Positions 38,001 through 52,900 of a DNA stretch of 64,000 bases are shown in pieces. The position numbers and the translations under genes are program-made. The notes under the pieces are model-generated. The model was given only the letters and a program-made list of their open reading frames with translations. It was not told the DNA's origin and made no database searches. The stretch's first letter is position 1; each line of letters begins with the position of its first letter. This DNA is from Octopus sinensis (Eukaryota): positions 181,536,001-181,600,000 of the forward strand of contig NC_042998.1 of the NCBI RefSeq assembly GCF_006345805.1, given 5' to 3'.

Positions 38001-41000
38001 AAAACATTTTTTTTTAAATAGTACTTACATGTGCATTGCGCATTCCAGCAATTTCTGCAGAATTTTTAATAGCCTTTTTTAAAGAAATTGGAGTTATGCT
38101 AGATATCACATTTTCCTGAAATAATCAAAATAAAATAAGTTTTACCTCCTTATTTAACATACAATACAAACTGAACAACCACATTAATTTCACAAATATA
38201 TCCGAACAACCCTAGTTAAGGAGAACCTAACAACTATTAGCAAACATTTAGGAACAGATAAATACAGGAGTCAGAAAGAGTATAGAAAAGTAACACCTAA
38301 GACATAACTGAATGAAATTAACGATTTCTTAGAATAACCCACTCTTTCATACGATACATATAATATACACATGGAGTACTTCGGAGTTTTCTATTTTGGT
38401 AAATATTTCTAGATTATAGTAACAGGAAATGTTCATTTTCCATGCTGGCATGGGTTGGTCAGCTTGACAGGAACTGGCAAAGCCAGGGGCTGCTCAAGGT
38501 TCCTTAATCTGTTTTGGCTTGGTTTCTACAGCTAGATGTCCCTACTATTATCAACCACTCTGCAGAGTGGGTGCTTTTTACATAGCATCATCACCAGTGC
38601 TTTCTACGTGGCACCAGCACCCACATCAATGCTTGTTATGTAGCATCTTGGTTTTAAGATCACAATTCTGTTGTGGTGGGCAGGTCTTCTTGAGTACAGC
38701 AATATACCACATATCTTGGTCCTCTGTCATCTCTTTCGTAAGGCCCAGCATTTTGAAATCAGCCTTCACTATTTCATCCTGGGTCTCCCTCTTCCACAAC
38801 TTCCCTCCACTGCTCTTGATATTGTATATTCATATCAAAAGCCAAGCTGGTTATTAACAACTGGGCCAAAATGAAACAAAGTCTAGCTTTACAAATTAAG
38901 TATTTAGTGGACAACACTATGTGGAAAGCGGTTAGAGGAACTGTTTCTGTTTATGAAAGGTAGACTTGATCTAACACCTTGTTTAACACTACCATATGGC
39001 TCTCTAACAGAGTGTATTCTGGTGCAGACATTCAGGTCCAAGCCTGAAGATAACTTCTTCCCACCAGTCTCAAAAAGGGGACAAATAATTTACAGGACAT
39101 TTTAGAACGGAAAAACTGACTTCAGTGAGAATAATAAATGACAATGAGCACCAAAAAGGGGTACTGTAAAACTAGAATAGAGAAAGCAACAGCTTTAGTA
39201 CCAATAGGAAAAAAAGGCAATCATAACTAATGTCTTTGATTTTATTCCATGCCAGTGGCACATAAAAGGCACCATTCAAGTGTGATCGTTACCAGCATCG
39301 CCTTACTGGCACTTGTGCCTGTGCTAGTAGGGTGCCAAGAGCACCATCCGAGCGTGATCATTGCTAGAGCAGCTAACTGGCTTCCATGCCGTGGTACATA
39401 AAAGGGCACCATTCAAGCGTGATTGTTACCTGCGTCACCTTACTGGCTCCTGTGCCATGTGTAAAAAGATTCGAGTGAGGTTGTTGCCAGTACCACCTGA
39501 CTAGCCCCCTGGTGGCACGTAAAAAGCACCCACTACACTCTCGGAGTGGTTGGCGTTAGGAAGGGCATCCAGCTGTAGAAACTCTGCTAGATCAAAATTG
39601 GAGCCTGGTGCAGCCATCTAGTTCGCCAGCCCTCAGTCAAAATCGTCCAACCAATGCTAGCATGGAAAGCAGATGTTAAACGATGATGATGATATATCAT
39701 GCTGGCATAGGTTGATAAGACTTTTTAAGGCAGGATGCCATAGGAATAGGCTGTACCTATTTTAACATACATACGAGATGTAGTTACAACTAATCTAAAT
39801 GAAACATGTGACATGTTATAAATAACAAAAATGATAGAGTTTTAAATAGATTAAAAAATTAGTTTAACATGGTTAATTTGAAAGCAGATCAAGTATAATT
39901 GAAGAACTTACTTTTTTATATAAAGACACAAGGTTATAAGGACTGTAAGAACTGATCTGGTGATAAGAAAAAAGATGTTAACTTTAAATATTTGGAATAA
40001 AAAAATATTTGGAAAACTTCAATGTAAAAGAATTCAAATAAAAGTATATTTTGAACAGAAATACAATGTAAATAATTTAACAGCCCTGACATTGATTTCT
40101 CCAGTCTATCAGTCTATAAAAATTATATCAATATCTGTAAACATAACATAACCTCTAGCTTGATCTCCAGGAAGTTGATGGAGTCTATTTTCTGCCCATT
40201 TTCAGTGTTTATTGTACCGGTGCAGCTTCTGCAAACACAAGCTAGTTTCCCCGTTAACCTTCCCCTGATATTGCTGCACCTTTTATGTGTCCAAAAGCTT
40301 ACACTGAGTGTATCTTATGAAGTTTCTACTACACCTTTTTTACATATTGAGCAGAGCCATCTACCTGAAGGGATCTGTGATCTGTCTGCCTTCCTACTTA
40401 CTAAGACTTTGGTTTTGCTAGGTTAACTTTAAGGCTCTGTGATTCTAGGCCTTGCTTCCATACCTGGAACTTCTCTAGTTCAGGTAGTGATTCAGCTATA
40501 AGAGCAAGGCCATCAGCATAGAGGAGCTCCCAGGAGCAGCCTGTCTTGAAAAAATCATTAACATTTTAATATTAAATCAATACAAAAGGTGCATATTTAA
40601 TATATTCAATATTTGTTTTTTAATTATACCATCTAAGAAAACTTACCCAAACTTTTCCAGTTACATCAGCATCACGTGGGAGATATTTAACAACATCTTC
40701 ATAAGGATGGATTTTTACTGTGAACCCAGGCTTTTCACCTTTATAAGTTAAATGGTTTCTAATTCCTTGAGTTACTTTCTTTTCGTCTATGAACAAACTA
40801 AAAATAAATAAAATTACATAAATTATATCCATAAATATAAATGAATAATTTAAAATGTTAAATACATAACTTACTGCAATATCCTAAATTTGGATTTTTT
40901 TTTTTTCCGTTTTATACAGGCTCAAAACCTAAGATTTATTAAGATTATTATGGGGTGTTTATTTTGAGGAATCATTAGTGACATTAGTTTCGAGCTTATT

Positions 41001-44000
41001 GTAAGTCAATAATATACCAACACACATTACTATTGCTTTTAATGCACATGCTTCCATGCTGGTATATGTAGGGAAGATCTGCAAGACAGCATTCTTCATT
41101 ATATGATCTTGCATCATAGTGCAGGTGAGTGTACTTGAGGAACACCACCAAGGAATAGATTCATTCAGCAAACCTTATCCCCTTGCATCAATAATTTACA
41201 TTGTACTAATTTTTTTTATACAGATAGAGAAGAGGCCATATTTTTAAAAAGGAATGAAATATTTTGCAATGTTCCACATTTTTCATAAAGTATTAGCAAT
41301 ATAAAGTAATGAGAGTCAACTGGGAATTAAAATAATAGCTAAACATAATGTTAGTACGTTTATATATTTGTTGTACAAGATTTTTTATATGAAATCGTGT
41401 GTTGAAACAGATATTGTTATATTTCAGAATGGTCATTTTGCCAGTTTAGCCAATAAAAACACACGCACTATATATTTGGTGTTATTTTGCTTCAGTGTTA
41501 TTTATTTTTTATATTAATCTGGCCGAAATAAGATTAAGATTAATCATCATCATCATCATTTAACGTCCGCTTTCCATGCTAGCATGGGTTGGACGGTTCA
41601 ACTGGGGTCTGGGGAGCCCGAAGGCTGCACCAGGCCAGTCAGATCTGGCAGTGTTTCTACAGCTGGATGCCCTTCCTAACGCCAACCACTCCGAGAGTGT
41701 AGTGGGTGATTTTATGTGCCACCGACACAGGTGCCAGACGAGGCTGGCGAACGGCCACGCTTGGATGGTGTTTTTATGTGCCACCGACACAGGTGCCAGA
41801 CAAGGCTGGCAGACGGCCACGCTTGGATGGTGTTTTTTATGTGCCACCGACACAGGTGCCAGACGAGGCTGGCAGACGGCCACGCTCGGATGGTGTTTTT
41901 TATGTGCCACCGACACAGGTGCCAGACAAGGCTGGCGAACGGCCACGATCGGATGGTGTTTGTTACGTGCCCACAGCACGGAGGCCAGTCGATGCGGTAC
42001 TGGCTACGGCCACGTTCGGATGGTTTTCTCATGTGCCACCGGCACTGGTACCACAAAGATACAAATTCCATTGATGTTCATCTATTTTGATTTGGTTTGA
42101 TTTTGGTTTGATATTAATATAAAAAATAAATAACACTGAAGCAAAATAACACCAAATATATAGTGCGTGTGTTTTTATTGGCTAAACTGGCAAAATGACC
42201 ATTCTGAAATATAACAATAAACATAATGTTGTTTCACTAATATCAACATAAAAATATAGTTGTTTAGAAGAAACTTACTGTATTTGCTCCATTTCTACAA
42301 TGGCATAGGAAAAGAACAAAGGATTGTACTTAATATCACTTCCTCTCATGTTGAACAGATCTAAGAAAAACAGGAAGAGAAAAATATTATTTTAATACTT
42401 ATATTTGCAAGCTAGCACATGTTGATAGATATGAAAATTTTGAATATGAAAGAAAATGGGGGGGAAATTTAAGCTGTCAACTCCATATCAGCAAGAAGAA
42501 AACCGTGGATGGCATATTATTAAAAAAAAAATGTATGTTGGAATTATAAAGCATAACTTTGTAACAACATTCTCACCCACCAAAGAAATGTTACAAAATG
42601 TTTCTATGAAGAAATAGTAGAATTATGCAATTTAGAAACAATTCAAAAGGTTTCTGCAATCAAAGTTAATGGAGGTTGAAAATGTACCCTACATATTCAA
42701 TTTTCTCAGGGTGCAAGTCTGGACAAGACTGAAGAAAAGGTGTTGCCCAGTATCATGCAAATGGCACCCGTGCCAGTGGCATGTAAAAACACCTATTGCA
42801 CTCTTGGAGTTGTTGGCATTAGGAAGGGCATCCAGTCATAGAAAACCATGCCAAATCAGACTTGAGTCTGGTGCAGCCTTCCAGCATGCTACTAATTTTG
42901 TCCAAGAAAAAGGAAAGGATCAATACAAACTGGAACCAGAGCCACCACAGATAAACTCAGAACATAAAATGTCAGCATTCTGTTTATCATTCTAATATTT
43001 CTACCATTCCACCAGTGAACAAGTATTTTATTTAATTGACTTCAACAAAATTTGAACACTGAATATAAAAACTATAACAAATACTACCAAATGAAACATT
43101 GATAAAATTTTCATCAGCATCACCAACATCTGCTTATGACTGTCCTCTATTACACACAAAATGGTTACAATGTTAGTCCAATTCCTGATATTATTGAACT
43201 AAGTTTCTCTTTATCTACCTTTTTTTTTTATCTCCAACTATGTACTGGAGAATGATTTTGGACAGTTGTGATGGGATACATGTCCATACCAGATGAGTTT
43301 TCAGTGTTTCACGTATCACATTGGGTGACATTTAATGCCTACCAAACATGCTAGTCTTTAGCTCTGTGTACAAGAGGCTTAGCAACCTCCTAAAGCACTT
43401 ATCCTTGAACACCTAGATTTTTCATCTCATACCAGCTGTAAATGTCCACATTAGCTCCTTCATACAAATAGAAAAAAAAAGTTAAACATAGATACCATAC
43501 AACATTTGAAAAGCCAATTTTTCAAGCAACATTTTTAATTATAACAAGACAATATTTGTTACTCACAAGCAATTTCTCCTAATTGTGTGAAGATACAAAT
43601 TGTAGCTTTTTCCTTTAACATTTTAGAACGTACATATTCAATTTTCTCTGGCCAAGAACAACCTAAAATAATTCAAGAAAAATGAAAACAATTAAAATGA
43701 GACACTGATTTCATAATTAGATTTTCTTTTAGATATTTATGACTAATCTTCAAGGCTACAGCTGCAGCCTGGAAGAGGCCTCATGGCAAACCCTGCACCA
43801 GATGGCTGGATGTGATTGAGAAAGCTCTCCAAAGACTCGGAGTCACCTTAGAGGATGCAGAGGGGCTGGCACGAGACCACCAGTGATGGACACCACTGGT
43901 GGACTTGATCTGGGACTACTAACTTGGAATAACCCCATCAAGCAAGAGCAGAACGCCATGCCAAAGCCAACCTTATAAACAATGAAATAAATCTTAAAAC

Positions 44001-44868
44001 CCCGCATTTACTCAAACTAAATGTTAATTCTGAAGCATGAAGTCCGACATTTGAAAAAGGAGATTATGTGGCTTTCATGCTTTTTTTTTTTTCAATAGTA
44101 ATAACAATCAGAGTAAATGAATTAAGGAAATGTGAAGGCATCTATAAACTCAGTCCATTAAAAATCATTTCTTGCAATGACTATCATACTTTCTATTAAT
44201 AATATTAGTTTATCATCTGTTTACTAAGAAAAATTAGTGAAAATAACTTTGAATACGTTAAATCCTCGAGTATAATCCGCATTTTTCCCCCAAAATTTAA
44301 AGGTCAAAATCCCTAGTGTGTACTATATACGAGGTTAAAAATGAAAATTATTTTCTAAGCAATGTCCAAGTCTCTATTTGCTGTCCGGCAATGTTTATTC
44401 AGACGCATTTTGTGATGTCAGGCGTGAAAATACCTTAAGCTAAGCCTGAAAACAATGAAGTCATAAAAGAATCATTCATAACTTGCAATAAGCAACATTT
44501 ATTAAATGCTATTACTGTTATTTCTTTATTTTCTAAACCAAGGACGTTATATAGACCTCCTTGACTCAAGTTAGAGGAGTGCGTATTATTCACAAGGTTT
44601 AAGTTTTTCAGAGGTACAGCCCCCTAAAAATCCCCTGCGTATTATACTTAAGGGCGGACTGTACTCAAGGATTTACGGTAATAAAGATTTACACTTAGAA
44701 CTAAAACAGTTAATATACAAGCACATGCATGTACTAGTCATGTAGTTTTAATTATCATTGTAGTCTTTCTTTACTTGATTTAAAGTAAAGAAAGACAGCT
44801 TTCTGTCCCCACCCCCATTTACTCTTTTCTAACAAGTTGTAATGCATTTGAGCACTGTATACAATAAG

Positions 44869-44903
<35 letters not shown>

Positions 44904-47900
44904 AGAAAGTATTAAATTCATTGTTTGGTTCTGGTTAGCCTATTCTACTTTAGGTTTATTTGTATATTCTATCTCCAGGTGTAAAGTATCACTTAGCTAG
45001 AATGAAATCCAACATATATTTCAAACACTGGTCTTTAAAACATCAGTGTTGAAAACTCAATTTCAATTCAAACCAGAGATATTAGAGCTATAGCACTTAA
45101 AAAGAGGAAGATAATCAAATTGTGATATAAACAGAAATATCATTTTTGACATTTTGAATTTTTGACATTTTGACATTTGTCATTTTTGACATTTTGACAT
45201 TTGTCATTTTTGACATTTTGACATTTGTCATTTTTGACATTTTTGACATTTTGTATAGGTGCCAGCATGACTGTGTGGTAGAGAATCTTGATTCCCAGCC
45301 ACGTGGTCTGGGGTTCAGTTCCATTGTGTGGCACCTTTCTATTATAGCCCCAGGCCAACCAAAGCCTTGTGAGTGAATTTGGTGGACAGAAACTGAAAGA
45401 AGCCTATCATAAGTGCAAACACACACACATGTGTGCATACAAAGTGCATGTGCGCATTTGTGTGTACATCTGGTTGTAAGTGAGTATCACTATCATACGA
45501 GTAATGATGTTCATTTCTAGTCTTCTCTGAAGAAAATGTCTACCTTGGAAATGAGTGTTGGCAACAGGAAAGGTATCCAACCATGAAAAATCTCCCTCAA
45601 CAAATTCCAATCAACACATGTAAGCATAGAAAAGTCAACTTTAAATGATGATGATGACATCCAATTGGAGATGTTTGCTGAGCAGCATATTGTCACAATC
45701 TTTTGTATGTATATAGTCACAATCCTTTGTCATTGTATGTGAGGTTTAGCATCTTGGGACCTGATCTTGTTACTATGTCTTACTCTGCCAACAGGTATTT
45801 TCTACGGTCTAGCTGAAGGAGCCTTTATGTGATTTAGCAACTTGCTAGAAATAGCAGTCAAGTTCTCTAGTACCACTCTTTGTCTTAAAAAGGAAACAGA
45901 TATTCAATAATGTGCTTGTAGGAAAAAGTGTCTAAAAAAACTAGCTTCACAATTGGAATGCCTTTAATCATAGAGCTGTTCAATCAAAGCAAAAGAGGAG
46001 TTAAACAGCAACTGCCAACACATTTCCACTTCCACTTAGCACTTCCTTCCAGTTTCTTTAATTTAACTAACTAAATGTTCACACAAGTAGCTTACATCAC
46101 AAGAATGTGATGTAACAGCCATTAACCCATTAACATTCAAACCTGTCACATCAGTCAAAATATTCTACCTGTTTTATGTTTAAACTGACCAGATCTGGCT
46201 TCTCACTTATATTACAATATTATTCTAAAAATAAACACACACACATCTCTGAACTTTCAAAACTAGAAGATAATGATTGACTAATTCAAATCAATGTGGA
46301 AAAAATAACTATTACACTTGACAGAGTAATCTGAATGATAAATGATTATAAGCGCTTTAAAAAGTTAATAGGCTCTAGAAAAACAAATCTGTAAAAAGAA
46401 ATGTATTCAAATGTAAAATATATTATGATGATGATGATATATACACACACACACACACACAGATATATAATTCACTGTGTGTGTGTTTCCTCTATGCACG
46501 GCCAAATTGCTGGATCAATCTGTACCAAATCTGGCATAAAGGTTTTTCATTACACGGGGAAGATTAAGCTAAGTGAGGCTATAACCCATGGCCTATGCCA
46601 GTGGGTGTAACCAGCCCACTTATGAGTACCCCTCATTCATTAGACAATAAACTTTGCTTGCGAAAGATCTGTTGAGGCAAGTAAAATCAAAATCGCTGAC
46701 AAGGCCGATGACAGTACCGCCTGATTGGCACTTGTGCCAGTGGAGTGCTAAAAGCACCATCCGAGTGTAATCGTTGTTCCCGTGCCAGTGGCACGTAAAA
46801 AGCACCATTCGAGCGTGATCATTGCCAGGGCCGCTGATTGGCTCCCATGTTGGTGGCATGTAAAAAGCACCATTCAAGCATGATCGTTGCCTTACTAGCA
46901 CATGTGCCAGTGGCATGTGAAAAGCAACATTCGATTGTGGTCGTTGCCAGTGCCGCCAGACTGGCTCCCGTGCAGGTAGCACATAAAAAACACCTTTTGA
47001 GCGTGGTCATTGCCAGAACCGCCTGACTGGCCCTTGTGCCGGTGGCACGTAAAAGCACCCACTACACTCTCGGAGTGGTTGGCGTTTGGAAGGGCATCCA
47101 GCTGTAGAAACTTTGCCAGATCAGATTGGGGGCTGGTGCAGCCTTCGGGCTTGCCAGTCAGTCAAACCGTCCGACCCATGCCAGCAGGGAAAGCAGATGT
47201 TAAACAATAATGATGATGATGATGATGATGATATATATAAAATAAATATAAAGGAATGTTACCAGTCAAATCCTCTGGCAGTACAAGAAGGGGATTGTTT
47301 GGTATTGCTGGACGGTCCTCCCATATTTCATCAATCAAATTCTTGTTAACAGGTAACAAATTTAAATTGAAGCCATGCAGTTCAGTATGTAAACGGTCCC
47401 ATTCAACTGTCATGAAAAATAAATTGATATACAAAAGATAAAATTCTTCTTTTATTAAATTCTGTTCAAATGAAAAGAGAAGTTAAACAAAATGGACTTC
47501 TAGATCTTATTGAGATAACCACCATGTAGTCTTTTTAGGTATCTGCACAACCAAAGGAAAACAAGTGTTATCAAAACTTATTTGTGGTAGTCACTATTAT
47601 AATTATCACAGAGTTTGTAAATACAAACAACAAGGCCATATGTGTTGTGTCCATTTCTATAACAACATATAATCTTAATAACAATAAAGATAAACAAATA
47701 CAAAAAATAATTGCAAATTTTCAAAATCCTTTATAATAGTCTATTGTCAATTAATAATCCCTTAACCTTTATCTTAAACAGAAGTGGATTATTAGACTAG
47801 TTCAATAGTTGTTCTTGTAGGTTTTCTCCACATTTGTGACCTTGAAATGATTTATTATCAGGTTCAAAAAGGCCTCAGTTATTTTTACAAGTAAAAGAAA

Positions 47901-49763
47901 TTGTATGGCAAACTAGTTTCTACTTGCATTTCAAACCAAGTGAGAGAGTTGGTTAAAAGATTACACTCTTACACTATAATGCTTACAACACCTCTTAGTA
48001 TTAATAGTAGTAACTATTAATACTTGGAGAGTGTTAATAGTAGTAAGTATAAATACCAAAAAAAAAAAAAAGAAATAATAACTTACCAGCTGATATAAGG
48101 CAAGGATCAGTACCAACATTTCCACCAGATGGTATTTCCTACAAACAAATCAAAGGAATGTTTATGACATTTCAAATATTGACCAATTGGATGTATTCAA
48201 AAATTGAATAGTAGCCCCAGCATAGCCACAGTCTAATGACTGAAACAAGTAAAAGATATCTAACAAAAATGTATGGTCACCTCAAAATTAGTTCAAAACT
48301 TTCATAAAAGCCAAATATTTTCAGGTAAACAGAATCTTGTCCAAATTTTCAGTAACTAATTTTCCTCATTCCTAAGTGAAAGAGCTTCCAATTTTAATAT
48401 CAACATTAGTATACAGTTAAAGAAGCTTTCACAAATCTCATTGATATATATTCAAAAGTCCGTAAGCAGAGAAGGACATTCCCCTTCCCCCAAAATATTC
48501 TTATAAATTGTTTGCTATTGCTTATAAAAATAGCTAATCAAAAGTAGGAAAGGAATCGAAAATATACCCTAGTAATCAAAAACTTCATTCCACAAGCCAG
48601 ATTAATTTCTTGATACAGGACAGATATTGAGAAAAAAAATTGCAATAGTAACAAAGACGATAAAAGAGTCACTGCACCTCCAGTTAAGTAAAAAAATCAC
48701 TGAATGACAGTAAAGGCTGTAAATACTCGACTGTATTGCAGAGTATTGGGGAGGGAAACAAAGAAGCCATAGAAAGGAGAGCGAGGAATATTGAAAGAAA
48801 TTCTCAGAAACAAGAAATGAGATTATTTTTAAAATATCAATCAAGGGAAGTAACTATAACCATAATATTAGTTTCACTAGAACTTGTGCCGTACTAGAAA
48901 ATTCTCTCCCCTACATGTATACCCCATTGACTTAAATCAACTACAAGCACCAAATGGTGAAATTGGTGCCAATATGAAAATAGTGAGCCAAGCAACACAC
49001 TCAAACACATAAAGTGTATGTATGTGCGTGTTATCCCCTGCACGTGTAAGAGAGACTAAAAGGGTTGGTGTCAGGAAGGGCAAATAGTACAAATATGAAG
49101 AGTTCAAATGAGAAAACATGCAACAACCTAGTGAGACTACTCTACAACTCATCAACAACTTAGTTTACTGACCAGTTTCCCCTATCACCATTCATTCACA
49201 TCTTTATACCAACAGTTATAAATCATAATTTTGAATCTTTATACATTACTGTGCTTCTTGATCAACTTGATTAAAATGCAAAATCTTATAACCATGTCTT
49301 TTCTGATTTAGGTAAGCTAGTATGTGACTGCTAATGTTCAAATCATCTTCTAGCTTACACAATTATCTACAAGCTGGACAAAGTCATAACTAGTTAACCA
49401 GCAACAGGCATAGTTCACTTTCATAAAGATCCAATCTGCATTTATAAAATACATAGGTTAAAATTCCACAAGGTTCTCATAGTCATATTTATATACTCAC
49501 CTATGTCTCATTGACACATTAATAAAATGGCTATATTAAATATCTATTCGATTAAATTAAACTTAACATACCTTTACAAGCCACTCAGATTTACTTGGGG
49601 TATCAGGAATACCTGCAAAGAAAGATATTCTTCATATATAACAATGAAAATGAATGACTGTTGAATTTTAAATCAAAACTTTCCTTTAAACAGGAACAAA
49701 GCTGGAAATTCATAGAAAAAAAATAGAAAAATTATCACATTTATTACTTTCTAAATGCATTAA

Positions 49764-49817
<54 letters not shown>

Positions 49818-49929
49818 ATATATCACGTGATCAACCAGACCATCAGATGCTGTTACACATCGCTGGTCACAATGCGTTCGCATTGTTTTAGCCTTCGAAT
49901 GATGCCACCCCGCTGGCTAAGCGAGCAGG

Positions 49930-49973
<44 letters not shown>

Positions 49974-52900
49974 ATCTAGATATATCTATCATTTGAGATA
50001 ATAAAATTATTCACATTAATGTAATTTTTTTTTTTTCTTTTTATAGTTCTCTCCATAACAGTAAGGAAAAGGCAAAATATTAAAAAAACTGAATGGCTGA
50101 TTGAACTCTTGTTGTCTTACTACAAATGCCTTTTTCTCATGCTAAAATTTTTCTTCCTTCAGTGGAATAACACAACAATAACGTCCATGGCTTTGAAATT
50201 AAGGCTATAAATACACCAACTTCATCTTAAAACTAAATGCAAATCACAAACTCTGAAATATGAACACCAATCAATATTTTGATTTCTCAATAACAGAAAC
50301 AAAAACAGCAGATAAATCAAACCAGCCAACAACCAAATTTCACGTTTACCTAAAGCTTCAAAGAGCTTAATATTTAATCCTAGTACAGCAAGTTAATGAA
50401 CAACTTATTAATTTTAAAGAGATCGTCACTTAGCGGTTCGGCAAAAGAGACCGATAGAATAAGTACTCATCATCATCATCATCGTTTAACGTCCGTTTTC
50501 CGCGCTAGCACAGGTTGGACGGTTCGACCGGGGTCTGGGAAGCCAGGGGCTGCTCCAGGCTCCAGTCTGATCTGGCAGAGTTTCTACGGCTGGATGCCCT
50601 TCCTAACGCTAACCACTCCGCGAATGTAGTGGGTGCTTTTTACGTGCCACCTGGGCTTACAAAATAATATGTCCCGGGGTCGAGTTGCTCGACTAAAGGC
50701 GGTGCTCCAGCATGGCCGCAGTCAAATGACTGAAACAAGTAAAAGAAAAAATTGAAAGAGAAATGTGCTCTCCAGCCATACATTACATTAATTCACCTAC
50801 CACCCCATCCTGTACCAAACCACATCTCATCATACTTATGCTTCTCTCTCCCCACCCACTCCTGCAACACAACACCATTTTGTCATCTCTCTCGTCCTTC
50901 CTCTGCAAACTATATCATTGCTATCCTGCTACCCTCCTATATACCCATGTCCACCACTCACTGCATTCACTTTCTACTATCCTTTCCCACCACTGTTCTT
51001 TTACACTCTCGTGAACTCCCTAATCACTTGCCCTGTCCAATCCTCTGCACCACTCTGCTTACATTCACCTCCTTCTCCATTGAAGGTAGAGTCTGCCACA
51101 TCTTCACCATTTTTCTCTCTTTCTCTCTCTCTCTGACTGGGGGTAACCAATGTATCTCCTCTACAGCAAGACACCCATCTTTCTTAAATCCTTAAATCCT
51201 TAAAAATGTTTCAGCCCGAAAGCTGTGGCCATGTTAAAAATGTTTCAGCCCGAAGGCTGTGGCCATTTCTCTCTATAATAGTTTAACCTCTCAGCACCTG
51301 GTACAAAACCAGCTCCCTCAATAAAACTTCCTCTCTCAGTCGAAAGGGGTCATTGTTTTGCAAGTATTTGGTGACTTCACTGCTGCTGATGTCATAAAAA
51401 TCACTCGATACACTTTGAATAGCAGTTCACATTAGAAAGAGCATCCAGTCAGAGAAACCATATCAAAGCAAGAGCTTGGCACAGTTCTCTGGCTTTCCAG
51501 CTCCTATCAAACCATCTAACCCATGCCAACATTAGATGGTGATGACAATCAGGTGACCTCAGCTATTTGAAAGTAAATTGTATTGATGAGAAACACAACA
51601 TACAGATGTCCATATAAGACAACATGACAATAAGGTTGACAAGTCTTAGATTTTAGCATACGAAACACCAAATACAATTTGTGCTCTGTACTATCATTCA
51701 CTTTTATTTCTGCTACTACCAAATAAAATGGAGCAAGGAATGTTGAGTATCTCATACAAGGACTGAAGATTTCTCCATTTTTTATATTTAGATAAGTAGA
51801 TCAAAGACATATAGTGTACTGGGTTATCCCATAAATGTGGTCTTTTTATTCTTTTATTTTTCAAGATTAAGATAAAGTTCTTTTTTAATCTAAGACATAC
51901 TTTCCCTTTTCTACAATGCTCTTCCATCTATCTGGTAGACTTGCAAAGACCCTCTTCTAAAATTCACTTGTCCATAATGAAAATACTCCTCCAGTACTGT
52001 TCTGACCATATCTACAAAATTCATATTCTTTCCATCCAAATGATTTTGAAGACTGCAGAATAAATGATAATCAAATGGGGCAATGCCCAGCGATTATGGT
52101 GGTTGGGCATCATTTCCCATTCAAACAGCTCCAGCCTTTGGAATGTCATTCTTGATGTATGTGGCCAAGCATTAACCTGATGGAAGAACACTTTTCATCT
52201 TGAAACCAAAGATGGTCATTTTTCTTCTAGTGCTGACTTGAATAACTGGTTGAATGACCAAATCCAAGTTTCTCTGTTTGTTTCTCATCAATTATGATGG
52301 GATGGATTTTGTTCCACTAGGGTTTGCAAGACATCCTCATCAAGCTCTACAGATCTTCCAGGACGAGACTGATCTAGGCTGTAGTTTTCAACTTGGAAAT
52401 TCTGGAACCACCGCTGACACTCCAGTGTATTCTCATTCTGACATCCATAACAGAATAACTGATGTCTTGAGATAAAAAAAATTACACAGATGCAAAATTA
52501 AGATGTTGGATTACCGATTATAGTCATGAGGTCAACCATTGTGCTGTACCCTAAGAAATAATTGTTTGTTTCGAATTTACCTAATATCCTTTCTACTATA
52601 GGTACAAGCCCTGAAATTTTTAAGGGTAAGGGCAAGTTGATTACATTGACCCCAGTGCTCAACTGGTACTTATTTAATCAACCCCAAAAGGATGAAAAGC
52701 AATGTTGACCTCGGAGGAATTTGAACTCAGAACGTAAACATGGACAAAATGCTAAGCATTTTGCCCAGTGTGCTAATGATTCTGCTAGCTCACCCACCTT
52801 AAATTTACCTAATATAAAAAGGTTTCACTCTCTATTTTACAGTTTAGAGATTAGCCCCAAGAAATGTGTCTAGCTATAAAAACTGCTCAGAAATTGAAAA

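Noticed and set aside
40464-40545. Candidate XPNPEP1 exon with AG/GT-like boundaries
   Set aside because: It encodes an RT YADD-type motif; the real missing exon is 39912-39956.
41711-42025. CRISPR-like regular repeats
   Set aside because: Units are contiguous with no unique spacers, lie inside a SINE, and no cas genes are present in this eukaryotic DNA.
41560-42100. Long ORFs (119-174 aa) on both strands
   Set aside because: They are translations of SINE tandem units; similar peptides recur at every family A copy.
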